Positions 17,500-27,892 are shown, counted from the first letter of the stretch. The stretch is 48,160 nucleotides of DNA from an uncultured Lachnospiraceae bacterium (GCA_902780465.1 CACZFV010000011.1:1-48160); one strand, 5' to 3'. Translations and numbers: made by a program. The notes: generated from the letters alone by a model not told the origin.

Positions 17500-18326
17500 A
17501 CACCGTTTCCTCCTTCAGTCTGCCTCCGGGAAAGACTTTCCCGGGCATATTCTTTCAGCACATCCTCCCACACTCTGTAAGCCGCGTTGGTATGGTGCAC
17601 ATAATGGTCACTGCAGAATTCCGGTCTGAGGTTCCCGTTCCCGTCCGAAGTCGGAGTGGACATGTCGATAAATCCCCACCCGTTCTGCGCCGCCACGACT
17701 TTCATCGCCTCGTTGAACGCCCTGATATTATCATTGTTGATGGGGCCCTTCCCCTTTCCCGCGAGGGTGTAGGTCATGCTCATGATGACAAACTCCGCGT
17801 CCGGTGACTGTTCTTTGATCTTTCCGATCAGGGCGCAGTATCTCTCCACGGAATCATTTCCCATGTCCAGATCGTTCTGTCCGAACATCATGTAGACCGT
17901 CTTCGCTCCCAGCATGCGGACAGAGTCCCAGATAAATCTCTGCTCCCCCTGAAAGATCGGATGCTTCGACTTTTTGGAGATCGGCATGGAAGCGTTGTGC
18001 AGGCTGAAGCTGGTCCGCGCCAGGAACCGGAACTGCGCCAGGAAAGGATCTGACTTCCGGTAGCGGCAGAAGAGCTGGAAATCCTCCATGATGGAATCTC
18101 CCACAAAGACCGCGTCCTGGTAAAACGCGTTCACCTGTTCCTCCGTCACCTCCGCCGGCTGTGCTTCCGTCTCCGCCGCCGTGGTGATCCCAGGCCCTTT
18201 TTCCTGCGGCGCGCCCTCATCGGCAAGGGCCGGAACCGCCGGAACTAAAGCGATCACTGCTGCCAGCACCGCTGCCGCAAGTCTCTTTCTGCCGTTCCCG
18301 GTCCGTTCCCTGTTCTGTCTGCTCAT
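17496..18326 (-). CDS. Secreted SGNH/GDSL hydrolase
   Basis: FVGDSI, FGQND and DHYVH motifs; signal peptide. Confidence 0.85.
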   Translation of the reverse strand: MSRQNRERTGNGRKRLAAAVLAAVIALVPAVPALADEGAPQEKGPGITTAAETEAQPAEVTEEQVNAFYQDAVFVGDSIMEDFQLFCRYRKSDPFLAQFRFLARTSFSLHNASMPISKKSKHPIFQGEQRFIWDSVRMLGAKTVYMMFGQNDLDMGNDSVERYCALIGKIKEQSPDAEFVIMSMTYTLAGKGKGPINNDNIRAFNEAMKVVAAQNGWGFIDMSTPTSDGNGNLRPEFCSDHYVHHTNAAYRVWEDVLKEYARESLSRRQTEGGNGV

Positions 18327-18398
18327 GTTCTGTTTCCCCCTGATGTTTTTACTGTGTCTTCTTCACGGCACGTCCGTGTTTCGGGCGCTGTTCTTCTC

Positions 18399-19280
18399 TC
18401 AGTCCGGATACAGGCTCTTCACGACGGAAGAGGGCATCTCGAAATGCTGGTAGTCCTTGCTGTTCTCCCAGTCTCCGCCCCAGTTGAAACCGTGCTCCAG
18501 GAACAGCCGGCAGCAGAGATCGTCCCTCGTGATCTTGTAAGGGAATTCCTTGTCCCTGTCCAGATAAGGAACGCCGTTTGCAGGTTCCACGCTCCGCTCC
18601 CCGTTCACCATCTTAGTATACGGATTATACAGCGGATTGATGTCTATCGCCAGACCGTAACCATGCTTCGAGATGTGGGTCGTATAGGACACAAACCGGA
18701 AGTTGAAGCTGGAAGAATTGTTGTCTGCCGCCGATGCTTCATCCACCGCGTCGTACTCGTCCACAAGCCGCATCTTCTCGATCGGATAATCGTTCTCGTA
18801 GAGTTCCTGCAGGATCTCCAGCAGATCCGCCGCGATCCTTTTGTTGCAGATCAGTTCCCCTTCGTGTACATTTCCTTCAATATCTTTGTGCAGAACGTGA
18901 AGATACCTGAGATCTTCGAACGGTACGGTACAGTCATCCTTGTAGGATCTTCCCCGGATCCGGTCCTTCAGCTCCTCGTCCAGTTCCATGCTGTAAAATG
19001 CATTTTCCATCTCTGTCTCCGTCTCAGTTTCCGTTTCCGTCTCTGTTTCTGTCTCTTTTTCTGTCTCCGCCGCGGTCTCCGTTTCCGCTTCTGTCTGCGT
19101 CTCCGTTTCCGCTGCGGTTTCTTTTTCTGTCTCTTTTTCCGTCTCAGTCTCCGCTGTACTCACCGCTGTCTCCGCCGCGTTTTCTGTACGGCCTCCCGGC
19201 CTGATGCCGCAGGAGCACAGAAAAAGAACAGCTGCAGACAGAAGCACCACCGCATATTTCAGTGCTTTTCTCTTGTCCAT
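18399..19280 (-). CDS. M15-family metallopeptidase lipoprotein (peptidoglycan peptidase)
   Basis: LCSC lipobox, ET-repeat linker, SKHGYGLAIDINP and WGGDW...DYQHFE motifs. Confidence 0.85.
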   Translation of the reverse strand: MDKRKALKYAVVLLSAAVLFLCSCGIRPGGRTENAAETAVSTAETETEKETEKETAAETETQTEAETETAAETEKETETETETETETETEMENAFYSMELDEELKDRIRGRSYKDDCTVPFEDLRYLHVLHKDIEGNVHEGELICNKRIAADLLEILQELYENDYPIEKMRLVDEYDAVDEASAADNNSSSFNFRFVSYTTHISKHGYGLAIDINPLYNPYTKMVNGERSVEPANGVPYLDRDKEFPYKITRDDLCCRLFLEHGFNWGGDWENSKDYQHFEMPSSVVKSLYPD

Positions 19281-19313
19281 GCAGTTCTCCCTGTTATATC
19301 CCGCAGCCGGGTC

Positions 19314-20534
19314 TCAGATCTCAATGTTTTTCTGCGTCCCGATCCCGTGCTTCTCGGCATAGCCTGTAAGGAACAGTGTCAGCGCGCCGTCACCGGTGAC
19401 GTTGCAGGCGGTCCCGAAGGAATCCTGCAGCGCGAAGATCGTGAGCATCAGGGCAGTTCCCGTCTCGTCAAAGCCGAGCACGCCCGTGATCAGGCCAAGG
19501 GAGGCCATGACCGTTCCTCCCGGCACGCCGGGGGCGCCGATGGCAAAGACACCCAGCAGCAGGCAGAACAGGATCATCTTTCCGACCGGCGGGAATTCAC
19601 CGTAGAGCATCTTGGACACCGCCATGACGAAGAAGGTCTCTGTCATGACCGATCCGCAGAGGTGGATGTTCGCGAAGAGCGGAATGCCGAAGTTCACCAG
19701 GTCGTCCCTCAGGGTCGGCTCCGCCTTTTTCGCGCAGTCCAGGGCGACGGAAAGAGTCGCCGCACTGGACATGGTGCCGACCGCCGTCATGTAGGCCGGG
19801 CCGTAGTGCTTTACGATGTTCATCGGGTTCCTGCCGGAGTAGGCGCCCGCGATGCTGTAGAGCAGGGTGAGCCAGATATAATGACCCGCCATCACGATGA
19901 GGATGATGATCAGGAAGATGGGCAGCTGCTTCGTGATCGATCCTTCATAGGCCAGGGTGCAGAAAGTGCAGCCGATCAGCACCGGGAGGACCGGGATCAC
20001 GAACCTCGTCACGATGCTTAAGACGATCTGCTGGAACTCCTCCAGGATCAGTGTGATGTACTTGCTTGAATTCCACGCCGCCGCAAGGCCTACCATGACG
20101 GAACAGAACAGTGCGGACATGACCGGCATGATCTGGGGAATGTTCAGCTCAAAAGCCACCGACGGAAGCTCCTTCAGACCATCCACCTCAGGATTGATAT
20201 TCAGGGACGGCAGAATGGTGTATCCCGCGGCAGTGGCAAAGAACGCCGCGCCGATAGACGAAATGTACGCCAGGCAAAGCGCCACCATCAGCATCCTGGA
20301 CGCATTGTTCCCCAGACGCGTGATGGAAGGCGCGATAAATCCGATGATGATCAGAGGCACGCAGAAGCTGATCAGCTGGCCTGAGATGAATTTCACGCAG
20401 ACCATGATATTGAGGATCGCTTCCGCCAGCGCACTTCCGTCCGCGGCCGCCAGCGCAAGACCTGCGGCAATACCTGCGATCAGCGCCACCAGCAGTCTGA
20501 ACGGCAGACTGTGAACAAAACCCTGTTTTTCCAT
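19314..20534 (-). CDS. Dicarboxylate/amino acid:cation symporter (DAACS)
   Basis: GTMSSAATL, GAPGVPGG and DSFGTACNVTGD motifs. Confidence 0.9.
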   Translation of the reverse strand: MEKQGFVHSLPFRLLVALIAGIAAGLALAAADGSALAEAILNIMVCVKFISGQLISFCVPLIIIGFIAPSITRLGNNASRMLMVALCLAYISSIGAAFFATAAGYTILPSLNINPEVDGLKELPSVAFELNIPQIMPVMSALFCSVMVGLAAAWNSSKYITLILEEFQQIVLSIVTRFVIPVLPVLIGCTFCTLAYEGSITKQLPIFLIIILIVMAGHYIWLTLLYSIAGAYSGRNPMNIVKHYGPAYMTAVGTMSSAATLSVALDCAKKAEPTLRDDLVNFGIPLFANIHLCGSVMTETFFVMAVSKMLYGEFPPVGKMILFCLLLGVFAIGAPGVPGGTVMASLGLITGVLGFDETGTALMLTIFALQDSFGTACNVTGDGALTLFLTGYAEKHGIGTQKNIEI

Positions 20535-20589
20535 AACTCAAAAACCCCCTGTTTCTTTAATATATTATATTGTTTCCCGGTTCCCGGGG

Positions 20590-21945
20590 TCACAGACAGG
20601 ACTCCACGTCCACCTTGTCGATCATGATGTTCAGGATCTCCCTGTCCGTTTCTCTCATTCCTACTTTCCCGATGTAGCCCATGTTCTTGATGGTCTCCTC
20701 CACATCGTTCTCCACAAAGCCCTCTCCTCCGCGGAACTCTTTGTCGCTGATGCTCATGTAGTGGGCCATCAGGGCCGCGTGCACGGAAGAGGCGATCTTG
20801 GCAGCGCAGCTGGGCTTCGCGCCGTCACAGACGATGCCGCCGACATTGCCGAGGGTGTTGGTGATGGTCCCCCCGATCTCCTCGTAGCTTCCGCCGCCCA
20901 TATAAGTGATGGCAGCGCCCGCGCCGCAGGCCGCGCTGACTGCTCCGCAGAATGCGGACAGCGATCCGATATAGTGCTTGATGTAAATGGAGACCAGATT
21001 GGACACACAGAGACAGCGGTACAGTTTCTCTCTGGAAAGCTGCATCTGCTCGGCGTAAGTCACCACCGGCATAGTCACGGTGATCCCCTGGTTGCCGCTG
21101 CCGGAGTTGATGATCACCGGAAGCGGACATCCGCTCATACGGGCGTCCGATCCCGCCGCCGCCCTGGCGCAGGCCCGGGCTTTTACATCCGCTCCCCAGT
21201 TCTCCAGAATGGTCTTTCCGACCCTGGCGCCCCAGCGGTTGTCCAGCCCCTCCTGGGAAATGGCGGTGTTGAAGCGGATCTGCCGCTCCAGAAGCTCCTC
21301 CACCTCTTTCACATCCACACTGTTGGCATACTCGATGATGCCCCAGAGCGTCATCTTTTTCAGGTCGCCCCTGCGCGTCTCGTCCCCGCCGGCCTTCACG
21401 GTGTTTCCGTCGGCGCCGTCCTCATTGAATTTCCTGGCCTCCTCCTGTTCTTCTTCCGGCGTCCCGGTGAACAGGACTTCTCCGTCCTTCTCGATGCGGG
21501 TGATGCTGGTGTGGTGCTCTTCGATCACCACCGCCGCAGTGTGCCCGCCTCCGGACACCTCCGTGCGGATGTAAAGGTTCGGCACATTTTCCGCCAGTGA
21601 TACCGTGCAGCAGCCTTCGGCCACCATCTTCCGTGTCCTCTCTCTGGCGGCATCGTCCGCGTCGGCGATCACCTCCAGGACCCTGTCGGCGTCTCCGCCC
21701 ACCGCCCCGAGCACCGCGGCAGTCTCAATGCCTTTCTGGCCGCCGGAATTCGGCACGGTCACGCCTTTCACGTTCTTTATGATGTTGCCGGAGCATGCGA
21801 CGCTGATCCTGTCCGGCTCCGCGCCCAGGACCTGGACCGCTTTCGCTGCGGCGTAGGCGATGGCGATGGGTTCCGTGCAGCCCATGGCCGGGACCAGCTC
21901 ATCTTTCAGGATCTCCGTGTAATTCCTGATCAGTTCTTCTGTCAT
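20590..21945 (-). CDS. L-cysteine desulfidase CyuA/YhaM-like (serine dehydratase-like Fe-S protein)
   Basis: PAMGCTEP, GSDARMSG, NSGSGNQG, LSAFCG and CDGAKPSCA motifs. Confidence 0.85.
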   Translation of the reverse strand: MTEELIRNYTEILKDELVPAMGCTEPIAIAYAAAKAVQVLGAEPDRISVACSGNIIKNVKGVTVPNSGGQKGIETAAVLGAVGGDADRVLEVIADADDAARERTRKMVAEGCCTVSLAENVPNLYIRTEVSGGGHTAAVVIEEHHTSITRIEKDGEVLFTGTPEEEQEEARKFNEDGADGNTVKAGGDETRRGDLKKMTLWGIIEYANSVDVKEVEELLERQIRFNTAISQEGLDNRWGARVGKTILENWGADVKARACARAAAGSDARMSGCPLPVIINSGSGNQGITVTMPVVTYAEQMQLSREKLYRCLCVSNLVSIYIKHYIGSLSAFCGAVSAACGAGAAITYMGGGSYEEIGGTITNTLGNVGGIVCDGAKPSCAAKIASSVHAALMAHYMSISDKEFRGGEGFVENDVEETIKNMGYIGKVGMRETDREILNIMIDKVDVESCL

Positions 21946-22116
21946 GAACGGAAAACCTCCTTTCTTTCTGACTGATTCCTATCATAGCATTGAACCGCGG
22001 AAACTGCTATGTGCCTTTCAATGAATCCCTCAGCCTTGACAGCAAAATCAGTTTGATTTATGCTGAATCTGGGTTTATGGACTTGAACAGATCTGTCCGG
22101 AAGGAGATAATGCATT

Positions 22117-22464
22117 ATGAGAAAACTGACAAAAAACGAACTGATCGAGCTGCGCGCATGTAAGCAAATGGACAACGGGCAGCAGGAATTTTTCACCCGC
22201 GCGAAACGGATGTACGCCGACGAAGCAGACGCCCTTGCCAGGATCACGGAAGTCGAAGACATGTTCCATGAAGTAGACGCCATGGACACTGCCGCCGATG
22301 GAGATTCCAAGACCTACCAGGCATACAATCAGGCGCAGCTTCTGTACTTCCAGAAGGTCGACGAGCTTCTGAAGGAGATCGGCTACACACCGAAGCCGAA
22401 GCGTGTCCCCAACGATATCTTTGATGTTCTGGAGGATATGTTCGGAAAGCCGGACGAAGACTGA
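22117..22464 (+). CDS. Hypothetical helical protein
   Basis: AAGGAG RBS, host-like codon usage, followed by a terminator. Confidence 0.7.
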   Translation: MRKLTKNELIELRACKQMDNGQQEFFTRAKRMYADEADALARITEVEDMFHEVDAMDTAADGDSKTYQAYNQAQLLYFQKVDELLKEIGYTPKPKRVPNDIFDVLEDMFGKPDED

Positions 22465-22470
22465 TCCATG

Positions 22471-22519
22471 AAAAAAGGGACTGCGGAAAAAAGGAATCTC
22501 TTTTTTCCGCAGTCTTTTT
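22471..22519 (+). terminator. Rho-independent terminator
   Basis: GACTGCGGAAAAAAG...CTTTTTTCCGCAGTC followed by TTTTT. Confidence 0.75.
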
Positions 22520-22565
22520 GTTATTTGGTACAACCTGCATCAGAATCAGCATAGGAGATTTTAAT

Positions 22566-23423
22566 ATGGCAGTCCGCATCATCACCGATTCCGCCTGCGA
22601 TCTTTCCCAGGAATACGCTTCCAGCCGCGGGATCACCGTTATCCCGCTGAAGGTCCGCTTCGGAGACGAAGAATTTCTGGACGGCGTGACGATATCCCCG
22701 GATGCTTTCTATGAACGTCTTGAGAAAAAAGACATGGTTCCCCAGACCAGCCAGATCACGCCCTATGATTACAGCGGATATTTTAAAGAAACGGTCCGCG
22801 CCGGCGATACCGCAGTCTATATCGCCATGTCCGCCGGAGTATCCGGCTCCTGGGCCAATGCATGTCTCAGTGCAGCAGAGTATCCCGGAAAGATCTTCGT
22901 CGTCGACAGCCGTCAGTTCTGCATCTCCGAGGGGATCCTCGCGGAGGAGGCTGCCCGCCTCAGAGATCAGGGAAAGAGCGCGGAAGAGATCGCCTCTGAG
23001 GTGGAACATCTGAAGGACCGGGTCCACGTCCTTTCCATCTTTGACACCCTGGAATACCTGAAGCTCGGCGGGCGCCTTTCTTCCGCCGCGGCATGGGTGG
23101 GCGGGATCCTTTCCATCAAGCCCGTGATCACCATTGAGGAAGGCATCGTCAAAGTCATGGGGAAAGTCCGCAGCATCAAAAGCGGAAGCGCGACCCTCCT
23201 GAAGACCATCGACAAGCTCGGCGGGATCGACTGGACCCGTCCGGTCCGTCTCGCGTACACCGGCATCAATCCCGAGCGCCTGAAAAGCTTTATTGAATCG
23301 ACAAAGAGCACTTACGGTGAAAAATTCGCAGAGATTGCCATTTCGAGAGTCGGCGCCGTCATCGGGACCTATGCAGGCCCCGGGGCCTACGCGGTGGCTT
23401 TCTTTCACCGGTGCGAATCCTGA
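22566..23423 (+). CDS. DegV-family fatty-acid-binding protein
   Basis: IITDSACDL, TSQ, SGS, LEYLKLGGRL and GTYAGPG motifs. Confidence 0.92.
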   Translation: MAVRIITDSACDLSQEYASSRGITVIPLKVRFGDEEFLDGVTISPDAFYERLEKKDMVPQTSQITPYDYSGYFKETVRAGDTAVYIAMSAGVSGSWANACLSAAEYPGKIFVVDSRQFCISEGILAEEAARLRDQGKSAEEIASEVEHLKDRVHVLSIFDTLEYLKLGGRLSSAAAWVGGILSIKPVITIEEGIVKVMGKVRSIKSGSATLLKTIDKLGGIDWTRPVRLAYTGINPERLKSFIESTKSTYGEKFAEIAISRVGAVIGTYAGPGAYAVAFFHRCES

Positions 23424-23494
23424 TCTTCAGCTGAGCGCTTTTCAGGCTCATAAGATCTGCCGTTTTCATCTAAAAAATCGGGGGGGATCCTCAC

Positions 23495-25090
23495 ATGGAA
23501 TCTCAGAGTCAACAGACATACGAAGGAAAAGCCAATATCAAGAACGGAGTCAGCAGAGCCCTTCTGGCCGGTGCCGCCATTGCTGTTGAAGTCGCGTTCG
23601 CGCTGAACTGCTTTCTCCGTTTCTCCAACTACGCAGCCTGGATCAGCGGCTTCATCCGGGTCCTCGGCGCACTGCTGGTGCTGGGCATCTACAGCCAGCA
23701 CAAATCAGCCACCATCCGGATGACCTGGGTCATCATCATCATGGGCCTTCCCGTTCTCGGTGTCGCCCTCTATCTCCTGATCGGCCTGAGCGGCTCAACC
23801 AAGGCCATGCGGAAGCGCTACAAGAACGTGGACGCGGCGCTGATGCCGCTGCTGCCCGGCGACGAGGCTCTGTTCCGGGAGCTCCGGGAACAGACGCCGG
23901 CGTTTGCCAACATCTCCCGCTACTTAAAGCAGTTCGCGGGATATCCTGTATGGAAGGATACTGCAGTCACCTACTACAAGGACGCCGCAGAAGGGCTGGA
24001 AGCCCAGCTGAAGGATCTTCGGAAAGCGAAGGACTTTATCTTCATGGAATATCACGCCATTGAAGCGGCCCGGGCCTTCGGGCGCATCATGGACGTCCTG
24101 ACGGAAAAGGTGAAGGAAGGCGTGGAAGTCCGCGTCTTTTACGATGACATCGGCTCCATCGGTTTCATCAGCACAGATTTTGTAAGGCAGCTGAACTCCC
24201 TGGGGATCCAGTGCCGCGTGTTCAATCCCGTGGGGCCCCTGGCAAACGTGTTCCTCAACAACCGCGACCACCGGAAGATCACCGTCATCGACGGACAGGT
24301 GGGATTTACCGGAGGCTACAACCTGGCGGACGAATACTTCCACCTCAAGGAGCCCTTCGGGTTCTGGAAGGATACGGGACTCCGTCTTGAAGGGCCGGCC
24401 GTGAAAAGCCTCACCGTGACCTTCCTCGAGATGTGGAATGCGGTCAACAAGGACGATGCTGACGACCGGGATTACTCCCGCTATCTGCCCGACACGGTAT
24501 TCGATGCGTCGACCGCTCCCGAAGATCTGGCGGAGGCCGCCGCAGGCTTTGTCCAGCCCTATGCCGACAGCCCCCTGGACCACGAGCATGTGGGTGAGAA
24601 CGTCTACATGAGCCTCGCGGAAAGCGCGAAGGACTATGTCTGGTTCATGACGCCCTACCTTCTCATCACCGACGAGATGAGCAGCGCCCTGGGACTTGCC
24701 GCAAAACGCGGCGTGGACGTGCGCATCGTCACCCCCGGGATCCCGGACAAAAAGCTGGTCTATCAGCTGACCCGTTCCTATTACGCCTCCCTGGTGCGGA
24801 ACGGCGTCCGGATCTTCGAGTACACCCCCGGCTTCTGCCACGCGAAGATGTCTGTCGCGGACGATGAAGCCGCCACCTGCGGCACGATCAATATGGACTA
24901 CCGCAGTCTCTACCACCACTTTGAAAACGGCTGCATCATGTACAAGTCTCAGGCGGTGCTCGGGATCAAAAAGGATTTCGAGTCCTTCTTCCCGGAGTGC
25001 CGGGAGGTCACGGAACAGTACCGCACCGGACGGAGCCACTTCCTCAGACTGTGGCAGCTGATCCTCAGACTTGCCGCGCCCCTCATGTAA
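23495..25090 (+). CDS. cls: Cardiolipin synthase
   Basis: Two HKD motifs (HRKITVID, HAKMSVAD) and N-terminal TM helices. Confidence 0.93.
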   Translation: MESQSQQTYEGKANIKNGVSRALLAGAAIAVEVAFALNCFLRFSNYAAWISGFIRVLGALLVLGIYSQHKSATIRMTWVIIIMGLPVLGVALYLLIGLSGSTKAMRKRYKNVDAALMPLLPGDEALFRELREQTPAFANISRYLKQFAGYPVWKDTAVTYYKDAAEGLEAQLKDLRKAKDFIFMEYHAIEAARAFGRIMDVLTEKVKEGVEVRVFYDDIGSIGFISTDFVRQLNSLGIQCRVFNPVGPLANVFLNNRDHRKITVIDGQVGFTGGYNLADEYFHLKEPFGFWKDTGLRLEGPAVKSLTVTFLEMWNAVNKDDADDRDYSRYLPDTVFDASTAPEDLAEAAAGFVQPYADSPLDHEHVGENVYMSLAESAKDYVWFMTPYLLITDEMSSALGLAAKRGVDVRIVTPGIPDKKLVYQLTRSYYASLVRNGVRIFEYTPGFCHAKMSVADDEAATCGTINMDYRSLYHHFENGCIMYKSQAVLGIKKDFESFFPECREVTEQYRTGRSHFLRLWQLILRLAAPLM

Positions 25091-25096
25091 AAAACA

Positions 25097-25597
25097 ATGG
25101 ACTACCTTACCAGACACACGATCCTGAAATACGGGCGGAGCGTCCTCTGCTCGGAGGAATTCCGCAGCACTTTTTCCCAGGTACACCACTACAGCACCAC
25201 CGTGGGCGACCACCTGCTGGGGGTCACCGCAGAAGCTGTAAAACAGTGCCGGGCCAGGGGACTCACCGACGACGACACCCTGAAGACCGTCGTACTGGCG
25301 GCCCTGTGCCACGACATCGGCATCATGGGAAGGCAGAAAAAATACCGCAACGATGCCGAATGCCTCATCCGGCACCCCCTGGATTCGGTCCGGGCCTATA
25401 TCAGGATCACGGGAGAGGCGGACGAACGGGTCATTGATTCCATCAAGTGCCACATGTTCCCTCTGAAACCCGCCGTCCCGAAATACAAAGCGGGCTGGAT
25501 CCTGACTGTCGCGGACAAGATCTGCTCCGTCAACGAGAAATTTGGAAAATCTCCCGTGACGGAAGAAGACAGAAAAGAACTGCTTATACCCGGATAA
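25097..25597 (+). CDS. HD-domain phosphohydrolase
   Basis: AALCHD, RHP, HMFP and VADK motifs. Confidence 0.85.
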   Translation: MDYLTRHTILKYGRSVLCSEEFRSTFSQVHHYSTTVGDHLLGVTAEAVKQCRARGLTDDDTLKTVVLAALCHDIGIMGRQKKYRNDAECLIRHPLDSVRAYIRITGEADERVIDSIKCHMFPLKPAVPKYKAGWILTVADKICSVNEKFGKSPVTEEDRKELLIPG

Positions 25598-25785
25598 TAC
25601 TGAAAAAGTCCCGGAAACTGCTGTTTCCGGCGATGACCTTGTGACGAAATGGAAGAAGGACAGGGAATATGCCAACCGCCTCATCGATGAGGGCGGTGTG
25701 TCCACTGACCTCTTCACCGAAGCTCTGGGAGCGGAGAACACGCCGGCCATGGCAGCCGGCGTGTCTTTTTTGCATGCGCTTCTTT

Positions 25786-26709
25786 TTACATCTTGCTTCT
25801 CAGAGGACAGTCAGACATGTACACCCGCTCCGCCAGTTCAGGGAAGGACAGGTCCTTCAGGTAATCCCTGATGATGGGCAGGGACTGGGTTGATTCCGGT
25901 CCTACGATGATCTCCGTGATCAGATCCTCCAGACTGGCGCCGGCTTTTTCGCACATGGCATCCAGATCCAGCGGATAATACTTCTTGATCCGGTCCTTCG
26001 TCACATGGTAGCGGGGCTTCACGTCAAAATCCGCCGCGCCGAAGGGCATGACCACCAGCCGCACCTCGTGCTCGCTGGAAAAGGATGGATGCTTAAAGGA
26101 TGCGGAGTTCCGCCAGCAGTCCGCCAGGGCTGCCTTCAGCGCCGGGTTATCCTCCGTAATGATCTCCTCCGACATCGTCAGATCGTACAGCTTCTTCACC
26201 AGCGGGTGCGTGTCCACATCATCCTGGTAGTACACCTTCTGCAGGGTGATGGCGCCGCCGGTCATTCTCTCCAGAACACTCCTGTCAATACCAAGGCACA
26301 CGCCTTTACCGCGGTTCGCGTACCGCTCCCACTGGGAAGCATCGTCCCGGTAGGTGGAAAAACAGGCAGCGTAAGCCGCGTAGTCGAAGTACTTCTTATT
26401 CAGTTCATTTGCAAGTTCCCTCAGCTTCCCCAGCTTTTCGTCAGCCCGCTCTGCCTCCAGTTCCCGCTCCACTGCCCGGAAGATGCCGTTCATGAAGAGC
26501 TGCATCTCGGCCGCGTCGTTCATGTTCCGCACATTGTTCACCCGCAGTTCCCGGTCCTTCAGGATCCCGTGGAAAGCAAGGTAATCCGTATAGTGATACA
26601 GGATATTGTCTTTATCCGTTACCGATCTGTAAATATCCGTGAGACGCTGCATCCGGGCCTGCCGCCGGTGGCTGAGTTCCTTATGTATGCCTGCCAGAGT
26701 ACTCTCCAT
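25786..26709 (-). CDS. DUF2971-like protein
   Basis: LYHYT, MNDAAE, ACFS...QWERYA...GVCLG, KHPSFSSEHEVR and EIIVGP motifs. Confidence 0.75.
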   Translation of the reverse strand: MESTLAGIHKELSHRRQARMQRLTDIYRSVTDKDNILYHYTDYLAFHGILKDRELRVNNVRNMNDAAEMQLFMNGIFRAVERELEAERADEKLGKLRELANELNKKYFDYAAYAACFSTYRDDASQWERYANRGKGVCLGIDRSVLERMTGGAITLQKVYYQDDVDTHPLVKKLYDLTMSEEIITEDNPALKAALADCWRNSASFKHPSFSSEHEVRLVVMPFGAADFDVKPRYHVTKDRIKKYYPLDLDAMCEKAGASLEDLITEIIVGPESTQSLPIIRDYLKDLSFPELAERVYMSDCPLRSKM

Positions 26710-26755
26710 TCCTCTTTCCCGCCTTTACTGTTCCTTCAGTTTCACGTACCAGCAG

Positions 26756-27613
26756 TCATTCCTTCAGTTTCACATACCAGCGGTTCAGGCCGGCATCGTA
26801 AAAACGGTCCTCTTCCACAAAGCCGATGTAGATCCCCGCTGTACCCGGTTTCGCCGGGCCGCCGTCATGATGGATCAGAAGCTCCGGGTATGTGATGCCG
26901 GGCATGAATTCCGTCATCCTGACGGAGGCTGTTCCATCTCCGTTCCAGACGGTGCTGATCCTTTCGCCTACGGTCTCAAAGATCCAGGCCTTTTCCCCGT
27001 CGACGTTCAGAAGGACCTGGTACTGTCCGGCGCTGTCGTAGTCCTCTGAGTACCAGAGGCCCTGGAGATTCTCCAGGGTCACAGTATCATACAGATACTG
27101 GTCCTTCGGATCCTCCGGCGCTTCCCGCTGCCACCAGCATAAAAAGCCGCCGTCATAGAACTTGTCCTCCTTCACCCAGCGGATATAAATGGTGCAGACA
27201 TTGTCCCCGCTGTCGTCCTTGATGCGGAAAGCAGGGCACACCTTCCGGTCAGAGCGGTCCTCGATGCTGTATCTCCCTTCTCCGTTCCAGACGCCCTTTT
27301 TCACGCCGTCCTGCCAGGTCTCGATACTGGCCCGGTCGCCGTTGATCGTCAGGACTTCCGTAAAATCCACACCTGCTTCCCGGTACCGGTTCACCCAGCG
27401 CCCCTGCAGGTTTTTCGGGGTCACGCTCGTGTAGGAGCGGGAAGGCATCGTGTCAAACTCGGGGATCTCCGGCATCCGCTCCCATTCGGGCATCTTCTGA
27501 TCCTCGTAGGCCTTCAGCGCCTCCTGATACAGGGAGACCTCCCCGAAGACCGGGACCGTCATAAACATCGCTGCCAGACACACACTCACTGCAGTCATCA
27601 GGAACCGCCTCAT
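26756..27613 (-). CDS. Secreted protein with an internally duplicated domain
   Basis: Signal peptide; VTPKNLQGRW...VWNGEG...FYDGG matches VTLENLQGLW...VWNGDG...FYDAG. Confidence 0.75.
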   Translation of the reverse strand: MRRFLMTAVSVCLAAMFMTVPVFGEVSLYQEALKAYEDQKMPEWERMPEIPEFDTMPSRSYTSVTPKNLQGRWVNRYREAGVDFTEVLTINGDRASIETWQDGVKKGVWNGEGRYSIEDRSDRKVCPAFRIKDDSGDNVCTIYIRWVKEDKFYDGGFLCWWQREAPEDPKDQYLYDTVTLENLQGLWYSEDYDSAGQYQVLLNVDGEKAWIFETVGERISTVWNGDGTASVRMTEFMPGITYPELLIHHDGGPAKPGTAGIYIGFVEEDRFYDAGLNRWYVKLKE

Positions 27614-27892
27614 ATCACATCCTCCTCTGCCATATTCATATCCCGCCTGCGGTACTTACGCGCCGCGCGCGGGTTGTTTTGAAAACGCTGCTTACAGATC
27701 AATTGTACCAAGTCGCTGACGCGACGGCCAGCCTCAGTTAATTCGTTTTTCGACTGCGTCAAAAAATAAAAAGCAGTTTTCGTTTTGTGTTATTGTTAAT
27801 CCTAACAATTACATTCTTTATTTACAGAAAAGACCGCCGCCGGGATCTCCTTCTTTTGTTGTCCGTTCATTTCAACATAAAAGGAGGATACT

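Noticed and set aside
25594..25871. Small ORF or frameshifted extension after the HD gene
   Set aside because: Reads like coding sequence but has no RBS, runs through a terminator hairpin (25738-25771) into the convergent gene, and cannot be assigned
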